From Gemmatimonadales bacterium (GTDB lineage Bacteria; Gemmatimonadota; Gemmatimonadetes; Gemmatimonadales; GWC2-71-9): a DNA stretch of 64,000 bases. Numbering within the stretch: position 1 is the first letter of the stretch; each line of letters begins with the position of its first letter. Shown in pieces: positions 47,630 through 57,587 of this stretch. The notes beneath the pieces were generated by a model. The model made no database searches, was not told the DNA's origin, and saw only the letters and a list, made by a program, of their open reading frames with translations. A program made the position numbers and the translations under genes. The stretch is taken from NCBI GenBank assembly GCA_035703525.1, contig DASSYA010000005.1, forward strand, positions 82,532 through 146,531. The letters are read 5' to 3'.

Positions 47630-47685
47630 GGCCACTCCTGGTCCAGTGAGGTCGTCACCCATGGAGACGTCCGACCCCGAGGAGG

Positions 47686-47715
47686 TTGGACGTTCGGGTC
47701 CCACCAAGATATATT
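47686..47715 (+). promoter_or_regulatory. Candidate sigma-70-type promoter for rpmE-prfA
   Basis: TTGGAC (47686-47691), an 18-nt spacer, then TATATT (47710-47715), about 58 nt upstream of the rpmE ATG. By-eye match only. Confidence 0.3.
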
Positions 47716-47773
47716 CCCCGGCTATCGTGGCTCCGCACCGGGGCTACGGCGAATGCTCAGGAGAGATCCACAC

Positions 47774-47989
47774 ATGAAGCCGAATGTCCATCCTGTCTAT
47801 CAGGTCACCAAGGCGCACTGCCAGTGCGGCAATGCGTTCGAGACCCGCAGCACCGTGCCCGAGATCTCGGTCGAAGTCTGTGGCCAGTGCCACCCCTATT
47901 ATACCGGCAAGCAGCGCCTGATCGACACCGCCGGTCGGATCGACCGGTTCCGTCGGAAGTACGCCGCCACGGACTCGACCGCCAGCTGA
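47774..47989 (+). CDS. rpmE: 50S ribosomal protein L31 (type A, Zn-binding)
   Basis: '[22 protein letters not shown]...[26 protein letters not shown]'. Confidence 0.95.
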   Translation: MKPNVHPVYQVTKAHCQCGNAFETRSTVPEISVEVCGQCHPYYTGKQRLIDTAGRIDRFRRKYAATDSTAS

Positions 47990-47992
47990 GCG

Positions 47993-49051
47993 ATGGATCA
48001 CCGACTCCGCCAGGCGCTCGCGCGGGCGGAGGAAGTCACCCGCGCGTTGGCCGACCCGGCCGTCGCATCGGACCCCGCCAGGCTCCAGTCACTCGGCCGC
48101 GAACACGCCCGGTTTCAGCCGATCGTGCGCGCGGCCGATGCCTTGCAGCGGCTTGAGCAGGAACTGGCCGGCGCCGTCGAGTTGAGCGAAGGGGCCGATC
48201 CCGAACTGGCGTCCATGGCCGCCGCCGAGCTCGGCCCGCTCCGCAGCCAAGTTGCCGCACTCACGGCCGAGCTCGCGGACCTGCTCGTCCCGCGTGATCC
48301 CCACGACGACCGCGACGCCATTCTCGAGATTCGTGCCGGGACGGGGGGGGACGAGGCGGGCTTGTTCGCCGCGGAGTTGCTCCGGATGTACACGCGATTC
48401 GCCGAGCGTCGTGGGCTCAGGGTCGAGGCGATCTCGGAAACCGAGGGTAATGTCGGTGGGATTCGCGAGGCGGTCGTCGCCATTCGCGGGCCGGAGGCCT
48501 TCGGGCTGCTCCGACGCGAGGCCGGGGTCCACCGGGTCCAGCGGGTGCCGGCCACCGAACAACAGGGGCGCATTCACACCTCGGCGGCCTCGGTGGCCGT
48601 CCTCCCGGAGGCCGAAGAGGTGGATGTGCGGATCGACCCCCAGGAGCTGCGGATCGATGTCTTCCGTTCGTCGGGACCGGGTGGCCAGAGCGTCAACACC
48701 ACCGACTCCGCGGTCCGGATCACGCACCTGCCCACGGGATTGGTGGTCTCGCAGCAGGACCAGAAATCGCAGTTGCAGAACAAGCTGAAGGCGATGGAAG
48801 TGCTCCGGGCGCGATTGCTCGACCGGATGATCGCGATCGCCGAGGCCGAGCGCTCGGCCTCGCGGAAGCAGATGGTCGGGGATGGTGATCGGTCGGCCAA
48901 GATCCGGACGTACAACTTCCCGCAGAGCCGGATCACGGATCACCGGATCGGGCTCTCGTTGCACAATTTGTCGGACGTCCTCGACGGCAGGATCGACGAA
49001 CTCGTGGTGGCGCTCCGACGGGCGTCACGAGAGGAATCCCAGGATGGCTGA
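47993..49051 (+). CDS. prfA: Peptide chain release factor 1
   Basis: PxT motif 'RVPATEQQGRIHTS' and GGQ motif 'SSGPGGQSVNTTDSAVRITHLPTG'. Confidence 0.95.
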   Translation: MDHRLRQALARAEEVTRALADPAVASDPARLQSLGREHARFQPIVRAADALQRLEQELAGAVELSEGADPELASMAAAELGPLRSQVAALTAELADLLVPRDPHDDRDAILEIRAGTGGDEAGLFAAELLRMYTRFAERRGLRVEAISETEGNVGGIREAVVAIRGPEAFGLLRREAGVHRVQRVPATEQQGRIHTSAASVAVLPEAEEVDVRIDPQELRIDVFRSSGPGGQSVNTTDSAVRITHLPTGLVVSQQDQKSQLQNKLKAMEVLRARLLDRMIAIAEAERSASRKQMVGDGDRSAKIRTYNFPQSRITDHRIGLSLHNLSDVLDGRIDELVVALRRASREESQDG

Positions 49052-49886
49052 GCTCACGATGCTGGCACGCGGCGACCTGACGCGCGAGGCCGCGGCGATG
49101 CTGCAGGCGGCGGGAGTCCCCGATGCCCGGCGCGAGGCCAGTCGGCTGTGGCGCGACCTGCTGGCCCCGGCGGATGGGCATGCGGGGGAAGGGGGGGGGA
49201 CGCTCCCGGCGCGGTACCTGGCCTGCGCCCGGCGCCGTGCGCTCGGCGAGCCACTCGCCTACGTCACCGGGTGGACGGGCTTCCGGCACCTCGTGCTGGG
49301 CACCGATCGTCGCGCCTTGATCCCGCGCCCCGAGACCGAGGGGCTGATTCCGCTGGCTATGCACAAGGTGCCGGCAGGGATGGTGGCCGACATCGGAACC
49401 GGGACCGGGGCTATCGCGTTGTCATTGGCACACGAGGGCCGGTACGATCGGGTGATCGCGATCGATTGCTCGTCACCCGCCCTGGCCCTGGCCGGGGAGA
49501 ATGCGGCACGCTGCGGGCTGCCGATCAGGTTCCTGGCCGGCGACCTCACCGCACCCCTGGGCGACGCCACGGTCGACCTGCTGGTCTCCAATCCGCCATA
49601 CCTTGCGGCGAAGGAGATGGATGCGCTCGATCCCTCGGTCCGTGACTGGGAGCCGGCCATGGCCCTTGATGGTGGTGTCGATGGGCTGGAGCCGTACCGC
49701 CGACTGTTGGCCGACGCGCCGCGCGTGCTCAGGCCCGGTGGCTGGATTGCGCTGGAGATCGACGCCCGACGTCCCGAGGAGACGGCCGCGCTCGCGGTGG
49801 GGACCGGGTGGTACGACGTCACCATTCACGATGACCTGTTTGGCCGTGCCCGCTACCTGTTGGCACGGCGGGAGATCATGTCATGA
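49044..49886 (+). CDS. prmC: Release-factor glutamine N5-methyltransferase PrmC
   Basis: The ATG at 49044 overlaps the prfA end. SAM motif 'VADIGTGTGAIAL' and catalytic 'LVSNPPY'. Confidence 0.9.
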   Translation: MAELTMLARGDLTREAAAMLQAAGVPDARREASRLWRDLLAPADGHAGEGGGTLPARYLACARRRALGEPLAYVTGWTGFRHLVLGTDRRALIPRPETEGLIPLAMHKVPAGMVADIGTGTGAIALSLAHEGRYDRVIAIDCSSPALALAGENAARCGLPIRFLAGDLTAPLGDATVDLLVSNPPYLAAKEMDALDPSVRDWEPAMALDGGVDGLEPYRRLLADAPRVLRPGGWIALEIDARRPEETAALAVGTGWYDVTIHDDLFGRARYLLARREIMS

Positions 49887-50233
49887 TCGACGAGAAGGCC
49901 CAGGATCTTGGCCGGATGATCGGCCAGTCGAATGAGTACCAGGCGCTCCGGCGTGCGGAGCAGGCGATGCGCGACGACCCCGCGGCGCAGCAGAAGCTCG
50001 AGTCGATTTCGCGCCTCACCCAGGAGTTCGATGCGCTGATGGCGAAGGGCGAGCAGCCGACCGAGGAACAGGCGGCCGACTACGAGACCACACTGCGCGA
50101 ATTCGAGATGTCGCCGGCGGGCCAGGGGTATCTCGTCGCGCGGACGAATGTCGACAAGCTGATGCAGCGAGTGAACAAGGCGATCGGCGATGGCATCGAG
50201 CGGGGCGCGACGAGCGGGATCATCACGCTCTGA
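49883..50233 (+). CDS. YlbF/YmcA-family (UPF0342) helical protein
   Basis: 116 aa, helical, resembling YlbF-family proteins. ATGA overlap with prmC. Family assignment is tentative. Confidence 0.55.
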   Translation: MIDEKAQDLGRMIGQSNEYQALRRAEQAMRDDPAAQQKLESISRLTQEFDALMAKGEQPTEEQAADYETTLREFEMSPAGQGYLVARTNVDKLMQRVNKAIGDGIERGATSGIITL

Positions 50234-50883
50234 TGCCACGCGGCCGCTTCGTGGTGCTCGAGGGGCCCGAAGGGGCCGGCAAGAGCACCATCACCGCCGG
50301 GATTGCCAGTCGGCTGCGGTCGCAGGGCGTGGAGCCGCTCCTGGTTCGTGAACCGGGCGGCACCGATGTCGCCGAGGCCCTTCGGCATCAATTGCTGGAT
50401 GCCGAGCGGATGTTCACGCCCGAGGCGGAGCTATTGTACATGGTGACGGCGCGGGCTGATCTGGTGGCGCGACGCATCCGGCCGGCGCTCGACGACGGCC
50501 AGGTGGTGATTTCCGACCGCTATGACCTCTCGACGTTTGCGTACCAGGGAGTTGGGCGCGGGGTGCCGAACGCCCAGATCGCTTGGATCAATCATGCCGC
50601 GACCGGAGGATTGGTCCCCGATGTGACGTTGGTGCTCGATCTGGATCCGGCAGTCGGGCGCGCCCGGCAGGCCTCCGCCGGGAAGGGAGCCGACCGGATG
50701 GAGCGCGAGAGCCTCGCGTTCCATGAACGGATCGCCGCGGCGTACCGTCTGGCAGAGGGGCCAGGGGTGTACCATCTGGACGCGAGTGCGTCTCCGGAGA
50801 CAGTGCTGAATGAGGCATGGGACGCCCTCGTGCGTGCCTTTCCCGATACGTTCCGGCCATGGCCGGAGGAGCAGTGGGCATGA
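50233..50883 (+). CDS. tmk: dTMP (thymidylate) kinase
   Basis: P-loop 'VVLEGPEGAGKST', 'DRY..S..AYQG', lid 'GKGADRME'. Confidence 0.9.
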   Translation: MPRGRFVVLEGPEGAGKSTITAGIASRLRSQGVEPLLVREPGGTDVAEALRHQLLDAERMFTPEAELLYMVTARADLVARRIRPALDDGQVVISDRYDLSTFAYQGVGRGVPNAQIAWINHAATGGLVPDVTLVLDLDPAVGRARQASAGKGADRMERESLAFHERIAAAYRLAEGPGVYHLDASASPETVLNEAWDALVRAFPDTFRPWPEEQWA

Positions 50884-52493
50884 CAGACGAAATCAGGACC
50901 AGGACCCCACATCGCTGGTGGATGGTGGCGCTGATCGCGGTGATCTCGTTCGGCAGTGGGGGCTGGTTGCTCCACGGGACCTCCGCCGATCCGGAGATGA
51001 CACCCGAGCAGCTCTTTGAACAGGTGCTGGGCGCCGTCCGGACCTATTACGTCGATTCCATGCCGACCGACACGCTGCTCCACAAGGCGACGGCCGGCAT
51101 GCTCGAACAGCTCGGTGACCCCTACTCGACCCTGCTCGAGGGCAAGGACTTCAGCGAACTCACCGAGCAGACCACCGGCAATTACGGTGGCCTCGGGATC
51201 CAGATCGATGTGCGCGACGGCTGGATCACCGTGGTGGCCCCCTTGCCGCAGACGCCGGCCGAACGTGCAGGGATCGAGGCAGGTGACCAGATCGTCACCG
51301 TGGCTGGCAAGTCGACCCAGGGCGTGAGCCAGGACGACGCACTCAAGATCCTCCGGGGGGCGCCCGGCACCGACGCGGTGATCCAGGTCCGTCGCCCGGG
51401 GTTCCCGGCGCTGTTGCCGTTCACGATCACGCGCGAGACGATCCACAACAAGTCGGTGCAGCCAGGGGTCCTGGTGACCCCGACGATCGGCATGGTCCGA
51501 CTCACCCCGGTGAGCGAAACGTCTGCCGAGGAACTCAAGGATGAAGTGGAGCGCCTCCGGCGGCAGGGGATGACGGGATTGATCCTCGACCTGCGTGGCA
51601 ACCCGGGTGGATTGCTTGATCAGGGTGTGGCGGTCTCGGACCTCTTCCTGGACAAGGGGCAGCAGATCGTCTCGACTCGGGGTCGCGCCGAGGGCACCTC
51701 GATGTCGTTTGCCGGCACCACCGACCAGGTCTGGCCGGAGATGCCGGTGGTGGTCCTGGCCGACCAGTGGACTGCCTCGGCCGCCGAGATCATCTCGGGG
51801 GCATTGCAGGACAACGACCGCGCCGTGGTGGTCGGAGTACCGACGTTCGGCAAGGGACTGGTGCAGTCGCTCTTCCGGCTCGGGTCCGACCGTGCGCTCA
51901 AGCTGACCACGGCGCGCTGGTACACGCCGAGTGGTCGGAGCATCCAGCGTGATGTGAAGAACGAGGCCGCGCAGGTCGCGGCGGTCCAGGCGATCGCGGC
52001 CGGCAATGACAGCACGGCGCTCGACTCGTTGCCCCAGCACAAGACGATCAGCGGACGGATCGTGCACGGTGGAGGGGGGATCGTCCCCGATCGCATCGTC
52101 CGGCTCGACACGCTGAGCGACGGCGAGCGCGCGTTCGCCCGGGCCGTTGCCGGCAACATCGCGGCGTATCGCGATGCGCTGGTGGCGGTGGCGCTCGACG
52201 CGAAGGAGCGGAAGACAGTGACCAGTGAGTCGTTCACGGTCACGGCGGCAATGCGGCAGGCGGTCTTCGACAAGCTGGCGGCGAAGGGTGTGATCCTGGG
52301 CGAGGCGGAGAAGGCCGGTGGGGCCACCCTGGTGGACGACCAGCTCGCGTACCAGGTGGCGCGGTACGTGTTCGGGCGCGAGCTCGAGCTCAAGCGTCAG
52401 GCGAGCGATGACCCGCAGGTGCAGGAGGCGATCCGGCTCCTCACCGCCGGGACCACGCCGCGGGCGTTGATGGCAGAGATCGTCGGGCGGTGA
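50880..52493 (+). CDS. S41-family C-terminal processing peptidase (with PDZ domain)
   Basis: The ATG at 50880 overlaps the tmk stop. TM anchor, PDZ 'AERAGIEAGDQIVTVAG', 'LILDLRGNPGGLL', 'TASAAEIISGALQD', 'TFGKGLVQS'. Confidence 0.9.
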   Translation: MTDEIRTRTPHRWWMVALIAVISFGSGGWLLHGTSADPEMTPEQLFEQVLGAVRTYYVDSMPTDTLLHKATAGMLEQLGDPYSTLLEGKDFSELTEQTTGNYGGLGIQIDVRDGWITVVAPLPQTPAERAGIEAGDQIVTVAGKSTQGVSQDDALKILRGAPGTDAVIQVRRPGFPALLPFTITRETIHNKSVQPGVLVTPTIGMVRLTPVSETSAEELKDEVERLRRQGMTGLILDLRGNPGGLLDQGVAVSDLFLDKGQQIVSTRGRAEGTSMSFAGTTDQVWPEMPVVVLADQWTASAAEIISGALQDNDRAVVVGVPTFGKGLVQSLFRLGSDRALKLTTARWYTPSGRSIQRDVKNEAAQVAAVQAIAAGNDSTALDSLPQHKTISGRIVHGGGGIVPDRIVRLDTLSDGERAFARAVAGNIAAYRDALVAVALDAKERKTVTSESFTVTAAMRQAVFDKLAAKGVILGEAEKAGGATLVDDQLAYQVARYVFGRELELKRQASDDPQVQEAIRLLTAGTTPRALMAEIVGR

Positions 52494-53311
52494 CCGCACC
52501 GGCGGTCGCGGTGGTGGGCGCGGGGCGCGTCGGGCTGTCGCTCGCACGCGCCCTCGTCGCATCCGGGCGCGAGGTGACGGTGCTCGGCCGGGAGGATTCC
52601 GATTGGGCGTCTGCCATCGCCACCACCTCGATCGTGTTGTTGACGGTCCCCGATGATGCGCTGGAGATGGTTGCCGATCGGCTCGTGGCATCCGGTGCCA
52701 TCACGGCGGCGCATGTCGTGTTGCACACGGCCGGGTCACGCAATCGCGGTGCGCTGGCAGCGTTGGATGGTACCGGGGCCGCGCTGGGATCGGTGCATCC
52801 GTTGCAGAGCTTCAGTGATCCCGCGGGCAGCCCCGCGCTGCTGCGTGGCTGTCCCGCGATTGTCGAGGGTGACGCGCGCGCGATCGACGCAGCGGAGGTG
52901 TTGGCGCGTCGGCTGGAGATGGCGCCGGTGCTGCGCGTGACCGGAGAGGCGAAGGCGCGGTACCACGCCGCGGCGGTGCTGGTCTCCAACTATCTGGTGG
53001 TGCTGGCCGACATGGCGACGCGATTGGCAGAGGATGCCGGCCTGGAGAGCGACACATCGTTGTTCGCGCCGTTGATGCGGCAGACGGTCGCGGCGCTGGA
53101 GTCAGGCGATCCCGCGAGTGTGCTCACGGGACCGATTCGACGCGGTGACGCCGCGACGGTGGCACGTCACATCGCGGCACTCGATGGCGAGGCGCTGGAG
53201 GTCTACCGGGTGTTGGGGCGTGCGACGCTTGCGCTGGCGACGCGTGCGGGGTTGGATGCTGAACAGGCCAAACGACTCAGGATGGCGCTCGTTTCCGGCG
53301 GCAATCGATAG
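52490..53311 (+). CDS. Rossmann-fold NAD(P)-binding protein, DUF2520-type
   Basis: 'VAVVGAGRVGLSLARAL' dinucleotide-binding motif plus a helical C-terminal domain. The family call rests on overall pattern. Confidence 0.55.
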   Translation: MTAPAVAVVGAGRVGLSLARALVASGREVTVLGREDSDWASAIATTSIVLLTVPDDALEMVADRLVASGAITAAHVVLHTAGSRNRGALAALDGTGAALGSVHPLQSFSDPAGSPALLRGCPAIVEGDARAIDAAEVLARRLEMAPVLRVTGEAKARYHAAAVLVSNYLVVLADMATRLAEDAGLESDTSLFAPLMRQTVAALESGDPASVLTGPIRRGDAATVARHIAALDGEALEVYRVLGRATLALATRAGLDAEQAKRLRMALVSGGNR

Positions 53312-53459
53312 TGACGAGTTGACGGACGAACACACCTGCGGGGCGTGCATATCGCGGCCAACAGGTGTACCTCTTGAAAGATCCTGAACATCCTCGGATC
53401 CCCTGACCGGAGCCTCGCCATGAACGCCCCCCCCCTCGACCACTCGTAGTCTGATTGCG

Positions 53460-54821
53460 GTGATCTGCCCGTGGGTGGCTCTGCTCGCCATCGTTGGATG
53501 TGATCAACCCGTTGGTGTCGATGGTGATCTTGGTGGTCCAGCCACCACGCCCAGTTTTTCCCTCGTCAACGATCCAACCGACATCGCAGTCTGTGGCGGC
53601 CCGGGGTTGGTCAACAATGACCGCAACGGGATCGATCGCACCTGTCTGCTGCAGGGCAACATCGGGTTGAATTTCAATCTCGCGAATGGAGTGTCCAAAT
53701 TGAACATCCTCCCCGCGATGGAACCAGGGAACCTCTTCCTGAAAGACTTGACCTCAATGCCCCTCTTGTCCGAGGTGTCATCGGGTGGAGTCCCATTCAA
53801 CGTGCACGGCTTGTCAGGTTCCAATCAATACTGCGGGGATACTCCAGGGGGCAGCGGCGGCCACGTACTCCGAGTGGATATCTGGCCGGCAAGCGATCCC
53901 GCGTGCAATAGCGGTGGCTCGGGCACCCTGAGGGAGATCGCGGCCCACGAGATGTCGCATGTCCTCGGTTGGAACGGCGGCCATGGCGGCTCACCGGATG
54001 CGGCAAACTCATTCACCGTCGGATGTGCAGCCTTCATCGACATCGGTACGGTGCCGCTGAGCTCAGCGGCGTGCCGCCATGACGTCGAGGCACTCTTCCG
54101 CGCAAAGGCCAGTACCTCAGGATGGACGCTCCCGGCGACATACGCCTATTCGCCGATTCTCTGGACTACCGATGCGCCGAGTTCCGCCTCGGTGGCGGTT
54201 GGCGCCACATCCCAGGTCGACATCACCCAATGGCTTGGGACCACCGGTGCGTCGGTCTCCCGGGGAAATTCCAGTGTCAGCTGGTTCTCCGGCGATACAT
54301 CCCGCTTCACCGTTACTTCCAGTGGCGAACTGGCAGGCCAGTCCGTCGGATCGGCCAAGCTCTACCTCAAGGCGCCCGCCTCGACGGCGGGATACACCAT
54401 CTGGACACCCTTCACGGTCAATGGCGATTCGCTCACGGTTCAGGTCAGTCCACCCGCCTATGTCGTCACCTCGGACCAGACTCCAATCACGTCCGAGGGG
54501 TATCACACCTTCACATCACATGTCGGCGATCCGGGATCGAGTCGCGTCTGGTCGGTTGACGACAGCAGGACGATTTACACCGTGCCGGACACGACGTTTT
54601 CAACTCCGGGCAACGAAGCGATCATCTGGGTCGGAGCAGGCTCCTATACCCTCCGATTTGGGGTCCTAGGCTCCTACCAGGACATCCCCGGGTGCACCGG
54701 CGGTGGCGATGGGTATGCCGCTCAACTCCCACAATCGAAGACGTCGACCGGTATCCAGAAGAAGCCCACGGGGCCGGTGCCGAATGCCGTGGAGGGGTGT
54801 CCACCGGGCGGGGACCAATAG
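53460..54821 (+). CDS. Lipoprotein with zincin HExxH motif (metzincin-like variant) and Big_2-like Ig domain(s)
   Basis: GTG start. Lipobox 'LLAIVGCD'. 'IAAHEMSHVLGWNGGH' is encoded at 53946-53984. A Big_2-like stretch 'VSWFSGDTSRFTVTSSGELAGQSVGSAKLYLKA'. No family assigned. Confidence 0.6.
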   Translation: MICPWVALLAIVGCDQPVGVDGDLGGPATTPSFSLVNDPTDIAVCGGPGLVNNDRNGIDRTCLLQGNIGLNFNLANGVSKLNILPAMEPGNLFLKDLTSMPLLSEVSSGGVPFNVHGLSGSNQYCGDTPGGSGGHVLRVDIWPASDPACNSGGSGTLREIAAHEMSHVLGWNGGHGGSPDAANSFTVGCAAFIDIGTVPLSSAACRHDVEALFRAKASTSGWTLPATYAYSPILWTTDAPSSASVAVGATSQVDITQWLGTTGASVSRGNSSVSWFSGDTSRFTVTSSGELAGQSVGSAKLYLKAPASTAGYTIWTPFTVNGDSLTVQVSPPAYVVTSDQTPITSEGYHTFTSHVGDPGSSRVWSVDDSRTIYTVPDTTFSTPGNEAIIWVGAGSYTLRFGVLGSYQDIPGCTGGGDGYAAQLPQSKTSTGIQKKPTGPVPNAVEGCPPGGDQ

Positions 54822-55769
54822 ATGCGGGCAGCAACCGTGGTGCTCACGCTGCTTGCGCTCTCGGCCTGCTCGGGGACGCCGAGCGGGCCTGGCGCGGGAG
54901 GCGGAGGACCAACGGGGAGCATCTACATCACTTGGAATGCGGAGGGCGACGCGCGCCCGCAAGTCTATCGCGTCTCGGTTCCAGATGGCAACTACGAGCA
55001 GGTGGTAGTCCCCTATCACTCTATCGGTCCGGATTTCGATGTCGATCACGACGGTTCGGGATTGCTATTCCAACCGCCGGCACCGAAACTGGCGTGGATG
55101 CCCGGGTTTGATCCAAGTCGACTGGTGGAACCTGTGAAGAACGGCTACCGACTGTCGCCCAGGATCTCACCCGACCTGAACTCCATTGCGAGTGTCATCG
55201 TTGAGCAGTTCATCCCACGCGAGATCCGGATCCTCGACATGCGGACCGGGGTCGAACGACTCATCGGCACGATGCCGCGCGATGGGGGATACAGCCTTGA
55301 TCACTGGTTCGCCGGCGGCGACTCACTGCTGGTCTCGTGGTCCGGATTTCTCGGCAGGCAGGAGTACTACATTGCCCAGGCCGACGGCTCGGGGGTCACG
55401 CCATTTGACTTTCCCCTCGAACGCCATGCGTCATACTTGGCAATCTCCCCGGACGAACGCCGACTGGCGATCTCGAATCCGCGGATCAGCGACTCATTGG
55501 GCTATGCAACCGATACCATCCAGATTGCCGACATCAACCCGCCGCGCCTGGTGCGGAGCCTCGGGCTCCCATACCGGGTGGGCCAACTCGCGTGGTCTCC
55601 CGACGGCCGGTATCTGGCCCACATCGGGGCAGGATCCTACATCGAGGACGGCAAGACCACGGTCAGGGTCCTTGAGATCATCGACGTTGAATCCGGCGAA
55701 CGGACCGCACTGATAACTATCCAGGATCCCGGAACGTTCGCCCGCCGGGTCAGGTGGGCGCGGAACTAG
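54822..55769 (+). CDS. Lipoprotein with TolB/PD40-like beta-propeller repeats
   Basis: The ATG directly follows the upstream stop. Lipobox 'LLALSACSG'. PD40-like 'ISPDERRLAIS' and 'LAWSPDGRYLAHIG'. Confidence 0.6.
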   Translation: MRAATVVLTLLALSACSGTPSGPGAGGGGPTGSIYITWNAEGDARPQVYRVSVPDGNYEQVVVPYHSIGPDFDVDHDGSGLLFQPPAPKLAWMPGFDPSRLVEPVKNGYRLSPRISPDLNSIASVIVEQFIPREIRILDMRTGVERLIGTMPRDGGYSLDHWFAGGDSLLVSWSGFLGRQEYYIAQADGSGVTPFDFPLERHASYLAISPDERRLAISNPRISDSLGYATDTIQIADINPPRLVRSLGLPYRVGQLAWSPDGRYLAHIGAGSYIEDGKTTVRVLEIIDVESGERTALITIQDPGTFARRVRWARN

Positions 55770-55869
55770 ACGGGGCCGGACCAGGCGGCTGGTGGCTGTT
55801 AACCTGGCACGGCGCGAGGGGTTGGACGAGGCCGGGGTCGAGCGTCTGCGTGGGGCCTTGGGCTAGCCC

Positions 55870-56526
55870 CTACGGCCGCTGGTCGATCACCCGCACACCC
55901 TTGGGCACGCTGAACTCGAACGTGCTCGCCGGGATCGTCGTGTTGGTGCGGATCCGTGACAGCGTCAGGTGCCGGACAAAGAGCTTCTCGTCGATGTCGA
56001 ACTTCCGGGGCAGGGAACTCGCCCGATCGATCCAGAGCGTGGCTCGCCGGAACGGCATCGTCGGCGTGAGCGGCTCGAGCAGCAGCACGTCGGCCTTGGC
56101 GCCCTCGAGCTGGTCCTCGCGCACATACGTCACCCGGTACTTCTCGAGGGGTCGCTCGAGGAACCAACCGAGCAGGTCGTACTCGTAGACCGGCCCGGCC
56201 GGCATCGGCATCCGCATCACCTGACCCGGGCTCTCCGAGGGGTTGTAGAACCAGGCGTGCTGCCCATCGAGCACGAATGCCGTCTCCTTCGGATCGCTGA
56301 AGCGCATGGCGAACCGATTGCCCATCTGGTAGAGCGTGCCGCGCGCCTCGGGCTGGTCGATGCGTGGATCCTCGAGCTTCTGCCGGAAATCGGCGCGGAA
56401 CGAGGTGAGCGTCTGGTACACCCGTGCCGCACGGGTGATGACACTCTCGGCCGACGGGGAGGCTTGCGCCGATGCGCCGACCGGTCCCAGCAGCGTCAGG
56501 GCCAGCATCGCACGACGCAGCATCAC
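55870..56526 (-). CDS. LolA-like outer-membrane lipoprotein carrier protein
   Basis: Signal peptide. 'FRADFRQ...G.LY......FAMRF...' pattern typical of the LolA fold. Overlaps the DAHP synthase stop by 4 nt. Confidence 0.7.
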   Translation of the reverse strand: MMLRRAMLALTLLGPVGASAQASPSAESVITRAARVYQTLTSFRADFRQKLEDPRIDQPEARGTLYQMGNRFAMRFSDPKETAFVLDGQHAWFYNPSESPGQVMRMPMPAGPVYEYDLLGWFLERPLEKYRVTYVREDQLEGAKADVLLLEPLTPTMPFRRATLWIDRASSLPRKFDIDEKLFVRHLTLSRIRTNTTIPASTFEFSVPKGVRVIDQRP

Positions 56527-57563
56527 GCCGCCGCCGCCGCGTGCGTCACGACGCCGCGACCGATCACCTCGGCGATCGCCGCCACCTCACGCATGGTCCG
56601 TTCGAACTGCTCGGGATAAAGCGACTGCGCACCATCGGAGAGCGCCCGTTCCGGATTCGGATGCATCTCGATCAGGAGGCCATCGGCGCCGGCCGCAATG
56701 GCGGCACGCGCCATCGGCGGCACAAGATCCCGGTGCCCGGTGCCATGGCTCGGATCGGCGACGATCGGCAGGTGCGAGAGACCGTGTACCACCGCGATCG
56801 CCGCGAGGTCGAAGAGATTGCGTGTGGTGGTGTCGAACGACCGCACGCCGCGCTCGCAGAGGATCACGTTCGGATTCCCATCGGCCAGGATGTATTCGGC
56901 CGAGAGGAGCAGCTCGGGAATCGTGGCGGAGAGGCCGCGCTTGAGGAGCACCGGCTTCTGCAACTTGCCACATTCCTTGAGCAGCGAATAGTTCTGCATG
57001 TTGCGGGCACCGATCTGGATGATGTCGGCGGTGGCCGCGACGAGCTCGAGCTGATTCGGATCCATCGCCTCGGTGATGATCAGGAGTCCGGTCTCGCGCC
57101 GCGCCATGGCGAGGAGTTCGAGGCCCTGCCGGCCAAGCCCCTGGAAGGCATAGGGGGAGGAGCGCGGCTTGAACGCCCCGGCCCGGAGCACGGTGGCGCC
57201 GGCCGCCTTGACCTGGCGCGCGGCCGTGAGGATCTGCTCCTCCGTCTCGACCGAGCACGGCCCCGCCATCACCACGACTTCCCGACCGCCGATGCACGAG
57301 CCATCCGGCAACTCGACTCGGGTCGGTTCCGCCTTCCACTCCCGTGAGACCTGCTTGTAGGGCTTCGAGACGTGGATCACCTCGGCGACACCCGAGAGGC
57401 CATCGAACCGGGCACCATCGACCCGGCCGTCGTTGCCGACCAGGCCGACGGTGGTCCGCTGGCGTCCCGGCATCGGCCGCCCCTCGTAGCCCATGGATTG
57501 GATGATCTCGACCACGGTGCGGATTTCCGCCTCGCTGGCGCCCTGCTTCATCACGATCAGCAT
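56523..57563 (-). CDS. 3-deoxy-7-phosphoheptulonate (DAHP) synthase, type I-beta with N-terminal ferredoxin-like regulatory domain
   Basis: '[26 protein letters not shown]' regulatory domain, then 'AGPCSVE', '[13 protein letters not shown]', 'IGARNMQN', 'KRG', 'DPSH'. Confidence 0.9.
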   Translation of the reverse strand: MLIVMKQGASEAEIRTVVEIIQSMGYEGRPMPGRQRTTVGLVGNDGRVDGARFDGLSGVAEVIHVSKPYKQVSREWKAEPTRVELPDGSCIGGREVVVMAGPCSVETEEQILTAARQVKAAGATVLRAGAFKPRSSPYAFQGLGRQGLELLAMARRETGLLIITEAMDPNQLELVAATADIIQIGARNMQNYSLLKECGKLQKPVLLKRGLSATIPELLLSAEYILADGNPNVILCERGVRSFDTTTRNLFDLAAIAVVHGLSHLPIVADPSHGTGHRDLVPPMARAAIAAGADGLLIEMHPNPERALSDGAQSLYPEQFERTMREVAAIAEVIGRGVVTHAAAAA

Positions 57564-57587
57564 CAGAGTGGTCCTGTCAGTACGTGG

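Noticed and set aside
50592-52691. 699-aa minus-strand ORF
   Set aside because: Antisense to tmk and the S41 protease. Arg/Pro/His-rich shadow frame.
53312-55869. Flanking direct repeats for the second lower-GC islet (analogous to the ppk repeat)
   Set aside because: I compared the 3' ends of the flanking genes (DUF2520-type gene, lolA-like gene) with the opposite islet border and found no similarity.
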